A DNA stretch of 64,000 bases from Candidatus Woesearchaeota archaeon (GTDB taxonomy: Archaea; Nanobdellota; Nanobdellia; Pacearchaeales; GW2011-AR1). The translations under genes and the position numbers were made by a program. The number at the start of each line of letters is the position of its first letter. Within the stretch, counting starts at the first letter, position 1. The notes below the pieces were generated by a model. That model had not been told where the DNA came from, searched no databases, and was given only the letters and a program-made list of their open reading frames with translations. The DNA is taken from the NCBI GenBank assembly GCA_964651965.1, contig CAZYZS010000006.1:42-64041 (forward strand), given 5' to 3'. Shown in pieces: positions 52,571 to 60,854 of this stretch.

Positions 52571-54199
52571 ATGGAATTTCCTGAAGAATCTGTAAGACAA
52601 GCAAGATGGATAGTTGGAAAGTACAGGAAAAAAACTAGCTCAAAATATACCCTTGCGGCCATGATTTTTGACAAGAATTTTCTAGAGATAGATTATGGGT
52701 TTAGCGAAGCTATAAGAAAAGGGAATTGCGGTTTGTACCTTCATGAGATAGATGACAAATGTGACTGTTTTACACATTTGGGAGTTAATTATCTGGTCGC
52801 CAGAGAAGCTGGGCTTAATCCTAGAATATGGGATGGCAAAGGAATGAGGGATGTTCCTGAAGGGCTGAGTTTAGAAGATGTTGAAAGTTATGACCATGGT
52901 TTTGTCACAGTCGAGGTTGGAAAAGGTAAGACAATTATGATGGATACTCAAATGGGGCGGTGGGGATATGCAAAATTTGACGAAGAGAATCATGTTATAG
53001 AAATTTATAACAGGGGTGACAGGAAGATAATCTATCGCCACTATAACGCTTTATTCCAGCTTTCAGAAGAAGAATATCTAAAGAGACTAGAGAGCAATAG
53101 GAGCCCTGAAGGCGGAAGGAGAGTTCTTGAAACCACCCAGAGAATTGAGGGCGCTGGAAACAGACAGGTTTATCTTAGCTATTCTCCAGAAAGTAGCGAG
53201 CTAAAATCTTCTATTAGATGGCCTATGTGCTTATTAGGGCCTGAAAATTATTCGAAGGAGCTAGTAACAGACTTAGTTACACAAGTAGAGGAAGATGGAA
53301 GTTATAATTTTAATCACGGGGAATTAAGATTTTATAATGTTTCTAGATCTGGTTGGGCAGAACATGAGAATCCGCAGGTTCCTCTAATTATCCCTGTTGC
53401 AGATGCACGGCTAGTTTGGAGGGTTTTTGAGGAAACGGCTAAGGAGGCTGGAAGAAAATCTCCAGTGAATAGAATGAATTATTTTAATTTAGAGCAGCTC
53501 TTAAGGAGATGGGGCTTTTCTGATGACCTTACAGTAAAGCCAGACTCTCCTGCATCAAGGGTTATTGAAAGAGGTTTGGCAGGAGATTTAGAAAAGTTTA
53601 GAGAAGTTCAACAAAGGTTGATAGAGGACTATCTTGCCCGAGCAAAAAAACATACCATAACTTACAAGTCTCTTTTGCGTCATGCAGGTTATATTAAATT
53701 GTCTGATGCGGCAAAAAGCGAAGATAATCCTTATGGACTCATTTCTACAGAGAATGAGAGAGAAGAGATGGTCAGGCGATCTTTTGAAGGATATAAAAGT
53801 ATTTCTAGAGGAATATTTGAAACAAATCTTGAGTCAGCAAGAATTTCTGCAAGATTAAAGAAAGGGAGTGATTACGCATCAGATAGGCTTTGGCAAAGAA
53901 CGTTTCAAAGAGCCAGGAAAGATTCAGAATGTTTTGACAGCATCCGCGCACTTAGAAGAGCGCCTTATCCTTTTATTTTTCCAATAACTGCGGATTGGGA
54001 AATGTATAGAATGAGCCACAATATTGATAGACTATCAGTGGCGAAGTTAGAAGAAGGTTTGACTGAAGCGGATATAATAAGAGGAACACAACAAAGACTT
54101 TTTTCTAGACTTGTTTCTGCATTAACCTTGAGAGAAGCGCTTTTTCTGGCATCTTACAAGCCCGGATTAAAGAAGATATTAGATAGAAGAGGCGATTAG
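52571..54199 (+). CDS. transglutaminase-like cysteine-protease-fold protein with large unknown C-terminal region
   Basis: 542 aa. DKCDCFTHLGVNYLVAREAGLNPRIWDG ... YDHGFVTVEVG fits the transglutaminase-core pattern (Cys ... GIPAR-like ... H-x-W/F-x-E-V). Confidence 0.5.
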   Translation: MEFPEESVRQARWIVGKYRKKTSSKYTLAAMIFDKNFLEIDYGFSEAIRKGNCGLYLHEIDDKCDCFTHLGVNYLVAREAGLNPRIWDGKGMRDVPEGLSLEDVESYDHGFVTVEVGKGKTIMMDTQMGRWGYAKFDEENHVIEIYNRGDRKIIYRHYNALFQLSEEEYLKRLESNRSPEGGRRVLETTQRIEGAGNRQVYLSYSPESSELKSSIRWPMCLLGPENYSKELVTDLVTQVEEDGSYNFNHGELRFYNVSRSGWAEHENPQVPLIIPVADARLVWRVFEETAKEAGRKSPVNRMNYFNLEQLLRRWGFSDDLTVKPDSPASRVIERGLAGDLEKFREVQQRLIEDYLARAKKHTITYKSLLRHAGYIKLSDAAKSEDNPYGLISTENEREEMVRRSFEGYKSISRGIFETNLESARISARLKKGSDYASDRLWQRTFQRARKDSECFDSIRALRRAPYPFIFPITADWEMYRMSHNIDRLSVAKLEEGLTEADIIRGTQQRLFSRLVSALTLREALFLASYKPGLKKILDRRGD

Positions 54200-55359
54200 T
54201 AAGTAACTTCTACATTTATTCCAGCCATTGCTTCTTTTATCTCTTTTTTTGCCTCTTCTAAGCTTTCTTGAAGCTTTTTAAGCCTTTTTTCTTCTGTTGC
54301 CTTTTCTTCATTGAGGGACTCTATTTTTAAAAGCAACTCTTTTATCCCTTTTTCTATATCTTCAATGCCCGTTTCTTCGATTACTATACCTTGAATTTCC
54401 TTCTCTTTTTCTTCTATTTCCCGCATCTTATTTGTGATATCTGCGGTTTCAAGCTTGGCTTCTTTAAGTAGAACTATTAAATCTTGCCCTTTTGTTTTGC
54501 TAAAAGTGTTTCCGAAATTTTCTCTGTACTGTTTTATTAAAGTCATCTCTTTCTCAAAGATGTGATAGAAACCAGCCAGAGCCTTGAAGTCAACTATCGC
54601 CCGTAAATTAGATATTTCTTTTTCTAGCTCTTCTTTTTTGGCATTAAGATGCTCTCTTTTTTTATTTTCAGCTAGGAATTTTTCAGAGGCTTTAATTTTT
54701 TCAATCTCTTCTTCTTTTGTTTTAATCTGGCTTTTGAAATTGCTTATTTTTTCTTCTTGTTCCCCCATGTTTTTCTTAATTTCTAGCCCATTTTTCTCTA
54801 GTTCATAAAACCTTTTTATTTTTATTTCTGTTAAGGAGATTGCCTTTAATTTTTCAATTGTGCCTTTGTTTTCTTCTAAAATTCTTTTTAAACCCCTTAG
54901 GAAATTGTTTATGCTTTCTTTAACTTCGCCTAGCTCTTTGCCTATGAGGAAAGTTGCTTTCTCGAAGCTTAATCTTGATTTCCTCTCAAAATCAGAAAAA
55001 ATAGAGTTTATTTTTTCTACAAATTCCTTATCTGGCTCTTCTTCTCTCTTAGTTATTTCTTTTAGGTTTTCTGCTAATTTTTCCAGTTGATAAATATAAT
55101 TTTCTAAGTTCTCTTTAACCACCAGTTTTATTTTATCTTCGGCTTTCTTCCCTTCTACGTTTACTCTCTTAAGAACACTTATTTCTTTTTCTAGCTCTTC
55201 TGTAAGCTGCAGCAGCCTATCCCGGATTTCTTTTAGAAACAGCTGTTCTTGTTTTTTTGCCTCTTGTTTTTTTGCCTGAAGCCAGCCATCTAGTTTGGCA
55301 AAGCTTACGCTCTCTTTCTCTACTGGTTTGCTTTTTTTAAAAAAGTCCCAAAATCCCAT
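54196..55359 (-). CDS. Glu/Lys-rich coiled-coil protein (387 aa)
   Basis: Near-continuous heptad-like E/K/L/I repeats; no enzymatic motif. Confidence 0.6.
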   Translation of the reverse strand: MGFWDFFKKSKPVEKESVSFAKLDGWLQAKKQEAKKQEQLFLKEIRDRLLQLTEELEKEISVLKRVNVEGKKAEDKIKLVVKENLENYIYQLEKLAENLKEITKREEEPDKEFVEKINSIFSDFERKSRLSFEKATFLIGKELGEVKESINNFLRGLKRILEENKGTIEKLKAISLTEIKIKRFYELEKNGLEIKKNMGEQEEKISNFKSQIKTKEEEIEKIKASEKFLAENKKREHLNAKKEELEKEISNLRAIVDFKALAGFYHIFEKEMTLIKQYRENFGNTFSKTKGQDLIVLLKEAKLETADITNKMREIEEKEKEIQGIVIEETGIEDIEKGIKELLLKIESLNEEKATEEKRLKKLQESLEEAKKEIKEAMAGINVEVTY

Positions 55360-55407
55360 TACCTACACAATAAAAAGGTATTTAAATAAGCTTTTCTTTG
55401 CCTTACA

Positions 55408-55755
55408 ATGGAAAAAAAGATGGGTGGAATAGGCACAGTATCAATTGTTCTTATAGTGGTTGTTTTAGCCTTAATAGCAAGCAACATTTTCTTTTGGGTT
55501 TCTCTCGATAAAGCAAATAAGTCTATCACTCAATTAGCCAGTGTTTCTAAGATAGTTGAAGGAGAAGGGGCTAAAGAACTCAGGGTTTATTTTACAGAAG
55601 AGGAAAGAGAAGTAAAAGAATTTAATACCGATGAATTCTGCACTAAAATATGCAGCGATAGAAAATACGATGGTTATTCAACAGGAGAAGCTATTAATTT
55701 AGGTTCCTCTTACAAATACGAATGCAAGTGTTATATGATTGTTAGAGCAGCATAA
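55408..55755 (+). CDS. small N-terminally anchored secreted protein with 4 Cys (115 aa)
   Basis: TM IGTVSIVLIVVVLALIASNIFFWV, then ...EFCTKICSD...YECKCY. Confidence 0.45.
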   Translation: MEKKMGGIGTVSIVLIVVVLALIASNIFFWVSLDKANKSITQLASVSKIVEGEGAKELRVYFTEEEREVKEFNTDEFCTKICSDRKYDGYSTGEAINLGSSYKYECKCYMIVRAA

Positions 55756-55780
55756 ATCTTATCTTTTTATTTTTTGAGAA

Positions 55781-57220
55781 TCAATACCTTCTTGGGCCAT
55801 CGTATCTTTGATGGCGTCGGTTATCCCTTCTATTATCCCGCCTTCCGTAACCTCTACTTCTGTTATTTCCATATCTTCTCCCTCCGCCGTCTCCAGCATC
55901 TCTGCTATCTTCATGTCTTCTAGGACCATATCCCTGGCTTCTTTGACCATACCTGGAGCTTGTTCTTCCTCTGTTATCTCCGTAGCTGCTTCTTCCACCT
56001 CTAAACCCGCTTCTTCCCTCTCTAAATCCGCCCCCGCCGCTTCTAAATCCGCTGCGCCCCCCTCTAAAGTCTCTTCTTCCAGCAGAAGCCATTCTTATCA
56101 TTATTCTTGTGATAAAAGGTGTTTTTTCTTCAGCTATTTTTAATTCTTCTTCGCTATTTATTATATTGTTAAAGTTTTCATAATCGCGGCTTGCAAGAAG
56201 GTTTATTACTTTTCCTTCTTCGCCCGCTCTTGCAGTTCTGCCTATTCTATGGATATATTCTTTTGCAGTTGGAGGAAGGTCATAATTGTATATATGGCTC
56301 ACGCCTTTTATGTCCAACCCTCTTGCTGCAACGTCAGTTGCTACAAGAACATGCACTTTTTCTGAATGGAAAAGTTCCATTATACGGTTTCTTTTATCTT
56401 GAGAGTAACCTCCATGTATTGGAACTGCTTCTATTCCTGCTTGGTTAAGGTTGCTAGATATAAAATCTACGTTTCTTCTGGTGTTGCAGAAAATCATTAC
56501 GAGTTTTGCTTTTTCGTGCTGTAGAAGGTGGATTAATAGCGAGTATTTCATTCCATCCTGAACATCATAAAATACCTGATGCAGTTTCTTTGGGTCAACT
56601 TGCGGCTCTGCAGAAACTTCTACTGGATTTTTCATGTACCTTTGTGCCATTATTGCAATATCGCTAGATATTGTTGCGGAAAAAAGCATAGTCTGCCTGT
56701 TTTTATTGCAATGGTTAATTATCTTTTCAACATCATCTACAAACCCCATATCCAGCATCCTGTCTGCTTCGTCTAACACAAGGGTGTTTATTTTTGTAAG
56801 CTCAAAAGACCTCCTTGTTAGATGGTCTAGAATCCTTCCAGGCGTGCCTACGACGATATCCGCATACTCAAATCCCCTTATCTGATTTGTTATTGATACT
56901 CCTCCATAAACTGCTATTACGTGGAGATCTTTATACTTAGCGAAATCTAAGAGTTGGGTGGTTATCTGCTCTGCAAGCTCTCTTGTAGGAGTTAACACCA
57001 ATCCTTGGATTCCATGCCCCTTTTTTATATTATTTATTAAACCTGCTGCGAATGCTAGGGTCTTTCCTGAACCAGTTGAGGCTCCAGCTATAACATCGTG
57101 CCCTTTAAGAATTAAAGGTATTGATTTTTCCTGTATTTCTGAAGGAGTTTCAAAACCCCTGTCTTCAATTGATTTGAATAAAGGGTTTTCTTTCCCAAGT
57201 AAGTTTTCAAAGGTTTCCAT
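55781..57220 (-). CDS. DEAD-box ATP-dependent RNA helicase with ~100-aa RGG/RS-rich C-terminal tail
   Basis: Q-motif FETPSEIQ, AGASTGSGKT, PTRELA, VLDEADRMLDMGF, SAT, HGGYSQDKR, YIHRIGRTARAG. Tail RRDFRGGRSGFRSGGGGFREGRSGFRGGRS... Confidence 0.9.
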   Translation of the reverse strand: METFENLLGKENPLFKSIEDRGFETPSEIQEKSIPLILKGHDVIAGASTGSGKTLAFAAGLINNIKKGHGIQGLVLTPTRELAEQITTQLLDFAKYKDLHVIAVYGGVSITNQIRGFEYADIVVGTPGRILDHLTRRSFELTKINTLVLDEADRMLDMGFVDDVEKIINHCNKNRQTMLFSATISSDIAIMAQRYMKNPVEVSAEPQVDPKKLHQVFYDVQDGMKYSLLIHLLQHEKAKLVMIFCNTRRNVDFISSNLNQAGIEAVPIHGGYSQDKRNRIMELFHSEKVHVLVATDVAARGLDIKGVSHIYNYDLPPTAKEYIHRIGRTARAGEEGKVINLLASRDYENFNNIINSEEELKIAEEKTPFITRIMIRMASAGRRDFRGGRSGFRSGGGGFREGRSGFRGGRSSYGDNRGRTSSRYGQRSQGYGPRRHEDSRDAGDGGGRRYGNNRSRGYGRRDNRRDNRRHQRYDGPRRY

Positions 57221-57251
57221 ATCTAAAATACACCATATTTAAACAATAGAG

Positions 57252-57279
57252 TTAAGAAATAGCTTAAAGTATTTCTTAA
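57252..57279. promoter_or_regulatory. 10-bp perfect inverted repeat TTAAGAAATA-N8-TATTTCTTAA
   Basis: Read directly. It starts 32 nt upstream of the DEAD-box helicase ATG (57220, minus strand), in the divergent region shared with the DUF192 gene. Confidence 0.4.
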
Positions 57280-57366
57280 ACAGTTAAATAATTTAATATG
57301 CTGCTTATTTACTACCTATTGATTAAAAAAAACTGGGTTTATAAATGTATGCTCCTTTAGTTTTAG

Positions 57367-57825
57367 ATGAAAAAAAGAAAGACAATCATTATTTTAATGA
57401 GTATGTTAGTTATTATTCTAGCCTTATTTGTAGTAATAATTTCAAAAAATAGTGAGGATAAAAAAGAAAATATAGTTATAAAATTTCAAACTGCAGAAAT
57501 AAATGCAGAAGTTGCAGATACTCAAGAAAAAATAGAGAGGGGATTGATGCATAGGGAGAGTTTATGCGAAGATTGTGGCATGATTTTTGTATTTGATAAG
57601 GAAAAAGAAACTAATTTTTGGATGAAAAACACTTTGATTCCCTTAGATATAATTTTTTTGGATGAAAATAAAGAAATAGTGAATATTGCTGAAAATGCTG
57701 TGCCATGCAAAACAGAAGAATGTGCTTTGTATCCCTCGCAATTTCCTGTAAAATATGCTATAGAAGTAAATGCAGGCTTTGTTGATAAAAAGGGGATAAA
57801 ACTCGGGGAGAAAGCGGAGTTTTAA
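57367..57825 (+). CDS. DUF192-family protein with N-terminal anchor
   Basis: AEVADTQEKIERGLMHRE...GMIFVF...FWMKNTLIPLDIIFLD is the DUF192 signature. Confidence 0.75.
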   Translation: MKKRKTIIILMSMLVIILALFVVIISKNSEDKKENIVIKFQTAEINAEVADTQEKIERGLMHRESLCEDCGMIFVFDKEKETNFWMKNTLIPLDIIFLDENKEIVNIAENAVPCKTEECALYPSQFPVKYAIEVNAGFVDKKGIKLGEKAEF

Positions 57826-57869
57826 AACATTCTAATTAAATTTAAATAGTATTCTTTAGTTTTCTTATT

Positions 57870-58118
57870 ATGAACTTATTAAAAAAATGGTGGTTTTGGG
57901 CAATTTTAATAGTTGTTTTGATAGTCATTGTTGCTTTTATCTATCTGTACACTGATGGAAAAGATGGTGAAATTAACGAAGATAAATGCACTTCCCAAGG
58001 ATGCGAAAAATGCGGTAACAGCTGTATACCTTGGGAACTTGCAATTAGAGCCTCTTGTTTGGCTCCCGGTGAAGAATTCGAATGCGAATGTGTTGATGAA
58101 AGATGTGTAAAGAAATAA
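57870..58118 (+). CDS. small N-terminally anchored Cys-rich secreted protein (82 aa, 9 Cys)
   Basis: TM WWFWAILIVVLIVIVAFIYLY, then DKCTSQGCEKCGNSCIPW...SCLAPGEEFECECVDERC. Confidence 0.45.
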   Translation: MNLLKKWWFWAILIVVLIVIVAFIYLYTDGKDGEINEDKCTSQGCEKCGNSCIPWELAIRASCLAPGEEFECECVDERCVKK

Positions 58119-58123
58119 ACTGA

Positions 58124-58858
58124 TTAAAAGCGAACTTGTTTTGCCTGTTTCCAAATCTCAAAGAAATGCTGGCGCAGGATATTTGCAAAATGAGCATTTT
58201 CTACCCATAAAATAATAACTTTCTTTTCTGTAATTCTTAATTGAACATATTTTTTATCAAAAATACTGTATCCTGCTCCCTGAATAGGATAGTGTCTTAT
58301 TTTTACCCCTAATTTTGCAAATTTTTTGGCATAGGGCTTTGTTTCCTCGTTTATATCTCCAATAAAATAGAATTGGATCCCTCTTTTAATGCATTTTTTG
58401 ACCATTTTTAAATTTTCAGGTCTCGCCACCCAAATATCAATAAAACCTATTGATTCTTCTTTTATCTTTGGCAAGGTTTCAACTATTTTGTTTACCATAG
58501 AATCTACTCCTTCCATGACCCAAAAAGCCTGCTCGTACATCTGATTATTAGAGATACTCTTGAATAACTCTTCTACCTCTTTACTAACTTTATCCAGATT
58601 CTTTCTCTTTTCCTCTAATCGGTCTTTAAGAACCTGTTTTAAGTTAACTAAGCTATATTTTTTCGGTTTTTCTGGCAAAAGCTGAACTATGCCTCTTCTT
58701 TGAAAATCTTCAAGAATCTCGTATATTTTATTAACCGGGACCAAGGAGTCTTCTTTAATCTCTTTTGCCGTAGCTGATTTTAATTTAGACAAAGAAAATA
58801 AAATTTTTGACTCGTAGACATTAAATCCAAACTGCATTAAGGTTTCTATATTTTTCAT
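58124..58858 (-). CDS. TrmB-family transcriptional regulator
   Basis: Track ORF begins at 58930. I prefer ATG 58858 (MKNIETLMQFGFNVYESKILFSLSKLKSATAKEIKEDSLVPVNKIYEILEDFQRRGIV) because it matches the TrmB N-terminus and leaves a promoter region. Confidence 0.7.
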   Translation of the reverse strand: MKNIETLMQFGFNVYESKILFSLSKLKSATAKEIKEDSLVPVNKIYEILEDFQRRGIVQLLPEKPKKYSLVNLKQVLKDRLEEKRKNLDKVSKEVEELFKSISNNQMYEQAFWVMEGVDSMVNKIVETLPKIKEESIGFIDIWVARPENLKMVKKCIKRGIQFYFIGDINEETKPYAKKFAKLGVKIRHYPIQGAGYSIFDKKYVQLRITEKKVIILWVENAHFANILRQHFFEIWKQAKQVRF

Positions 58859-58937
58859 TTTTAGTACTGATAGCAGTCCTATATATTTAAATATTGTTAT
58901 TTTAATTTTATCATTAAATAGTAAATACATTTATAGC

Positions 58938-60002
58938 ATGAAAATGAAACCCCAATATAAACAACCTATTGCAGAAAGTAGAAGGATACCTTCCTTGAGG
59001 ATAGCTGTAACTGGCGATTGCAACCTTAGATGCAGTTACTGCCCTGTTAATGGCGATAATTACTTATTGCATGGAAGAAGACTCTTAGATGAAAAAGAGT
59101 TTTCTCATATCACTTTAATGGCAAATGAAACAGGGTTTAGACATTTCAGCATAACTGGAGGGGAGCCATTAACTGTTCCTGATACAACTTTTGCTGTAGC
59201 AGAAACAATATCAAAATTCCAAAACTTAGGGTATCTTAGATTAAATACAAATGGTTTAGCTGTAAAAGATTATGCAGACAGGATAAAGGATGCAGGATTT
59301 CACCTTATTAAGATAAGCATTGATAGTCTGAGAACAGGTAAATATCAATTGCCTGGGTCTAAAGGACCTGCTGTGGATTATGTTCCAAATGTTTTAGAAG
59401 GAATTGAAGCGCTGAAAAAAAGAAACATTCCTATTAGAATTAATATGGTTGTAGGTAAATATAATACTAATGAGATAGCTGAAATGATGGATTTTTGCAA
59501 AGTTAATGAGTTAGAACTAAAATTATTTGATATTACTTATTACAGAGATGCTTTAGCAAACGACCCTCGCTTTTGGAGAGATAATTATTTTTCATTGGTG
59601 CCTCTTTCCCAAAAGCTTCAAAGAGAATTTGGAGCTCCAAAAATAGTTTATTCTGTAGGGGGTTTTGGGAATCCAATGCAAGTATTTAAGCCAGACTCTT
59701 TATCTCCTATTAGATTAAGAATCAGTGAGAATTCTGCTATGTATGATGATAGATGCCCTTCATGTCCAGATTATCTATGCCAGGATGGTTTTTGCAACTT
59801 AACTCTGACTACTGAAGGAGATTTGAAAACATGCAGGCCAGAAGGCTTAGACTCTGATTTAAGTTTAGTGAATCCTCATGGAAAATTATTTCCTGACAAC
59901 ATAATTAAAGAAAAATTTGATAGAGCCATAGCTTTATTTCAAGAGGTTATAGAGAAACAAAGAGGGCTTGAAGAGATAACTGAAAGTTGGAAATCGCACT
60001 AA
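58938..60002 (+). CDS. radical SAM enzyme (MoaA/twitch-like) with C-terminal Cys cluster
   Basis: LRIAVTGDCNLRCSYCP, SITGGEPL, C-terminal CPSCPDYLCQDGFCNLTLTTEGDLKTC. Confidence 0.8.
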   Translation: MKMKPQYKQPIAESRRIPSLRIAVTGDCNLRCSYCPVNGDNYLLHGRRLLDEKEFSHITLMANETGFRHFSITGGEPLTVPDTTFAVAETISKFQNLGYLRLNTNGLAVKDYADRIKDAGFHLIKISIDSLRTGKYQLPGSKGPAVDYVPNVLEGIEALKKRNIPIRINMVVGKYNTNEIAEMMDFCKVNELELKLFDITYYRDALANDPRFWRDNYFSLVPLSQKLQREFGAPKIVYSVGGFGNPMQVFKPDSLSPIRLRISENSAMYDDRCPSCPDYLCQDGFCNLTLTTEGDLKTCRPEGLDSDLSLVNPHGKLFPDNIIKEKFDRAIALFQEVIEKQRGLEEITESWKSH

Positions 60003-60013
60003 AGAATATTTTT

Positions 60014-60307
60014 TTAGCCTTTTATAAATAAAGAGCACCAGCATTCCCCTTTTTCTCTCCAGGTTTTTTGGCTTTTAAAATTGCATGGGCAGACTAGCTT
60101 TTTATCAGCTTCCCTGTCTCCTAGAGTCATTCTGCATGGGCAGAATTTCAATCCTTTGTTTTTTTCGTTGGTTAAAACTCCCTGCGCAAGAAGTCTTACT
60201 GTTTCTTGATTGGGATTTAAATGGAATTTGTTGCCTTCTGGCTGCCTTGCTGTGAATTCTCTCCAGATTTTAATCTGGCTTTCTATTTCTTTTTCTCCTA
60301 TTTCCAT
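60014..60307 (-). CDS. ferredoxin:thioredoxin reductase catalytic-subunit-like protein (FTRc)
   Basis: FCPCRMTLG...LVCPCNF...ECWCSLF (CPC...CPC...CxC pattern of FTR beta). The track start is a GTG at 60325. ATG 60307 is preceded by GGAGGA 8 nt upstream, so I use that. Confidence 0.8.
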   Translation of the reverse strand: MEIGEKEIESQIKIWREFTARQPEGNKFHLNPNQETVRLLAQGVLTNEKNKGLKFCPCRMTLGDREADKKLVCPCNFKSQKTWREKGECWCSLFIKG

Positions 60308-60309
60308 TT

Positions 60310-60579
60310 TTATTCCTCCAGCCACTCTTTCAATTCCTCGTAGCTACATTCTCCACAGATTGCTTTTCTTTTTTCTTTGTCAACAAAAGCAGGAACTCCT
60401 AATCCATCTCCACAGGAAGGGGTTATTATATCTCTTAAACTTCTCATTTCTTTTGCATTATCTTCGTTATTCCAGACCTCTTTTTTTTCTATTTTGAATC
60501 CCTCTTTTATCAGCCTGTCTACTACGGGCATCATGTGATGGCAGTGAGGACAAGATGCTCCGTGAAACATAATTACCAT
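60310..60579 (-). CDS. small thioredoxin/glutaredoxin-fold protein (CPHC)
   Basis: 89 aa. MVIMFHGASCPHCHHMMPVV is an N-terminal CxxC in the thioredoxin-fold position. Confidence 0.75.
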   Translation of the reverse strand: MVIMFHGASCPHCHHMMPVVDRLIKEGFKIEKKEVWNNEDNAKEMRSLRDIITPSCGDGLGVPAFVDKEKRKAICGECSYEELKEWLEE

Positions 60580-60589
60580 ATTATCCTCA

Positions 60590-60847
60590 TCATTTTGTCA
60601 TCTCCAAAAATTCTTTTTTGTTTATTTCAACATAAGCTTCTTCTACAAAACAAGTGGGGCATATTTTAGGGGGAATTTCTCCTATATGCAAATCATTACA
60701 TACATTGCATCTCCATAATTTTTTATTCCCAAGATTTTCAAGAATTACACTAACCTCGCTATTTTCTATTTTTACTGGAGAGAAGCCTTCTTCTGCAAGA
60801 TTTCCAAAATGAATTTCTCCATTTTCTGATTTGAAAAATTGTTTCAT
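60590..60847 (-). CDS. rubredoxin-type zinc/iron-ribbon protein (85 aa)
   Basis: WRCNVCNDLHIGEIPPKICPTCFV is a CxxC...CxxC knuckle pair, as in rubredoxin or the rubrerythrin C-terminus. Confidence 0.6.
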   Translation of the reverse strand: MKQFFKSENGEIHFGNLAEEGFSPVKIENSEVSVILENLGNKKLWRCNVCNDLHIGEIPPKICPTCFVEEAYVEINKKEFLEMTK

Positions 60848-60854
60848 GAATAAC

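Noticed and set aside
55759-55998. 79-aa acidic ORF (MEEAATEITEEEQ...) on the minus strand
   Set aside because: It is an alternate reading frame of the RGG-repeat region of the DEAD-box helicase. The purine-rich repeats give Glu-rich shadow frames.
58859-58930. N-terminal 24-aa extension of the second TrmB-family ORF
   Set aside because: The hydrophobic extension (MYLLFNDKIKITIFKYIGLLSVLK) is not part of the TrmB fold and would leave only 7 nt of divergent promoter space. The internal ATG at 58858 aligns with the TrmB N-terminus.
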